The notes under the pieces are model-generated. The model was not told the DNA's origin and did no database searches. It saw nothing but the letters and a program-made list of their open reading frames with translations. Shown here one piece after another: positions 16,142 through 17,731 of a stretch of DNA of 17,731 bases. The DNA is taken from positions 1 through 17,731 of the forward strand of contig JAZDJR010000022.1 in the NCBI GenBank assembly GCA_043803815.1, in the 5' to 3' direction. The DNA is from Candidatus Micrarchaeota archaeon (lineage in GTDB: Archaea; Iainarchaeota; Iainarchaeia; Iainarchaeales; JAGVWC01). Numbering within the stretch: position 1 is the first letter of the stretch; every line of letters begins with the position of its first letter. Position numbers and translations under genes: made by a program.

Positions 16142-17530
16142 TTAAGAATTTGGATGGTAGCATTTATCAATGTATTTTTCCGATAGCACACCGCACATGG
16201 AACGATAAAAATAATGCGGTTTTTTTTGTAATATTGCAACCGTTTTAAACGGCAGGATAGCTAATTCTTTAACTAAAGCCGCGGAACCTATCAAACCGGT
16301 CCATTCGCTTTGACTCACAAAAACCGCTGTCGGTTTGCCATTAACCAAATAAAAGTTATCCGTTGCAATAAAGGTATTGAATTTTGTTTGAATGGATTTT
16401 TTGCCTTGCGGAACAAATCCTTTTTCGATTAAAAATTCTTCCGCGTCTTTTTCTGATTCGCTCAATGCTTGCCGAATTTGAGAAGTTGTTCCCCGTTTAT
16501 ATAATACAAATCGTTTGGAAACTTCATTTTCCAAAAATTCCCGAATTTCCAATAAATCCGAATAGGTTAAACCGCTTTGTAAAATTTTTTCTTTCATCGT
16601 TTGAAAAAAAGGAATATCCAAAAAAACCGGCACCATTCCTTTTTGTACGCACCATAGCGTCAAATCGAGGGGGAAACGATGGGTACGGCCGCCGGCTTTT
16701 TCTTCAAACCAACTCGAAACCAAAAACGGAACCGGTTTTTCTTTCATTGAAAGGAATTTTTCGTGCAAAACCAGCAGTTCAAAAAACAGCGAGGATTTCT
16801 TTTTCTTAAAGCTTAATACTTCTTCCACCGCCAACAAGCGATTTTGAGCAAAATACGCAAAATCAACATTGAAACGCCCGATTGTAAAATGGTTTTTAAC
16901 GGTTATTTTGGAAGGCAACAACACCGTCTGAAACGCCCGCTTTTCTCTTTCGGTTAGCGCTTGATTTTCAGCATAAGTAAGACCAAGAGAAGTAAAATAA
17001 TCCATTCCATAACGCTGCAGAAGGGTCTGTTTTCGCTTTTTTCTATATTCCTCCGCATTGTTTTTTCTTCGCTCTAAAAATTTTTCTTTCAGGCTTTCCC
17101 GAAGTTTTTGAAATTCGGCTGGATTTTCGGTTTTTAGCTTTTTCCACCATTTTGATAGCGACAAAGCATCTTTCCGTTTCCCGCGGACAAATCTTAAGTG
17201 CTCTTGAAAACCCGCCTCGCCAAGCCGGTCTTTCATTTTTCGAATAGCGGCTTCACCCGCTTTTTTCGCGCCCCAATCCTTTGATAAAAAAATGGCCGGC
17301 AAAACAAATTGCTCTCGTTCTTCTGCCGGCAATTTATTCAATAAACCTTCAAAAATCCGATGGGACATCAAGTATTTTCCTCGGCGAACCAGTTTAAGCG
17401 GGGTCAAGCTATACCCCAAATCAAGGCACAGTTTTTCCCAACTTTCAAAAGAAGGCTGCCGCTTAATCGCCTCAAAAAATAGTTTTCTGGTTTCGTCCGG
17501 CAATCGAACACGGTCTGACGGTTCTGTCAC
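16142..17530 (-). CDS. Putative homing-endonuclease-like protein: HTH, basic linker and two Vsr/PD-(D/E)XK-like modules
   Basis: 462 aa, GTG start. N-terminal HTH-like region; KRKQTLLQRYG motif; repeats QALTEREK...RFNVDFAY...AVEEV and QALSESEK...IATDNFY...AVFV. Confidence 0.6.
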   Translation of the reverse strand: MTEPSDRVRLPDETRKLFFEAIKRQPSFESWEKLCLDLGYSLTPLKLVRRGKYLMSHRIFEGLLNKLPAEEREQFVLPAIFLSKDWGAKKAGEAAIRKMKDRLGEAGFQEHLRFVRGKRKDALSLSKWWKKLKTENPAEFQKLRESLKEKFLERRKNNAEEYRKKRKQTLLQRYGMDYFTSLGLTYAENQALTEREKRAFQTVLLPSKITVKNHFTIGRFNVDFAYFAQNRLLAVEEVLSFKKKKSSLFFELLVLHEKFLSMKEKPVPFLVSSWFEEKAGGRTHRFPLDLTLWCVQKGMVPVFLDIPFFQTMKEKILQSGLTYSDLLEIREFLENEVSKRFVLYKRGTTSQIRQALSESEKDAEEFLIEKGFVPQGKKSIQTKFNTFIATDNFYLVNGKPTAVFVSQSEWTGLIGSAALVKELAILPFKTVAILQKKPHYFYRSMCGVLSEKYIDKCYHPNS

Positions 17531-17590
17531 GAGGAAAAAAAGGAACGTTAAATAAAAACAAGTTCCGAGGCCTCATTGCCGGTGAAACCC

Positions 17591-17731
17591 GGAACTCCTG
17601 ACAAACTCGGTTGGTTTTTAAAGGTCTAATTTTTTAGGGGGCGAGCATTCTTATTTTGGTGATTGAATGCTTTGCCCAAATTGTTTTGGGGCAAAGGGGG
17701 ATATAGTTCTTTGGGGTCACCGGTACACCAA
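17591..17731 (+). mobile_element. End of a putative IS-like repeated element (copy 2, truncated by window edge)
   Basis: 17591-17730 is the exact inverse of 1-140; the flanking sequences differ. Confidence 0.6.
17667..17731 (+). CDS. Partial N-terminus of a putative Zn-ribbon transposase (MLCPNCFGAKGDIVLWGHRYT...)
   Basis: GGTGA at 17658-17662, ATG at 17667, open to the window end. Confidence 0.5.
   Translation, partial: MLCPNCFGAKGDIVLWGHRYT

Noticed and set aside
1-17731. Complete linear plasmid, virus or casposon with 140-bp terminal inverted repeats
   Set aside because: The content is core chromosomal genes with no polymerase, capsid or Cas1. The repeat contains a truncated outward-reading ORF, and its length fits an assembly break.

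Overview
Archaeal chromosomal fragment, probably DPANN-type (inferred from GGTGA Shine-Dalgarno sites, archaeal informational genes and divergent proteins). The core, on the - strand at ~5.5-14.3 kb, is the conserved exosome/proteasome superoperon: rpl15e, rpp30, [inserted macro-domain gene], pop5, psmA, SBDS, rrp4, rrp41, rrp42, rpl37ae, rpoP, pcc1, pfdB, DHH phosphoesterase, followed by an unannotated 42-aa Zn-ribbon microprotein. The left accessory part has two tandem paralogous wHTH proteins, a V4R protein, another wHTH protein, an RHH/MazF toxin-antitoxin pair, a PHP hydrolase and hypotheticals. The right part has tRNA-Val(GAC), a coiled-coil protein, an intron-containing tRNA-Ala(GGC) and, just upstream of that tRNA, a homing-endonuclease-like ORF with two tandem Vsr/PD-(D/E)XK-like modules. 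Bases 1-140 and 17591-17730 form a perfect inverted repeat. It encodes the start of an outward-pointing CPxC protein whose RBS and ATG lie in a hairpin, best read as two inverted copies of an IS-like element at which the assembly broke. All calls come from manual motif recognition; no searches were run.
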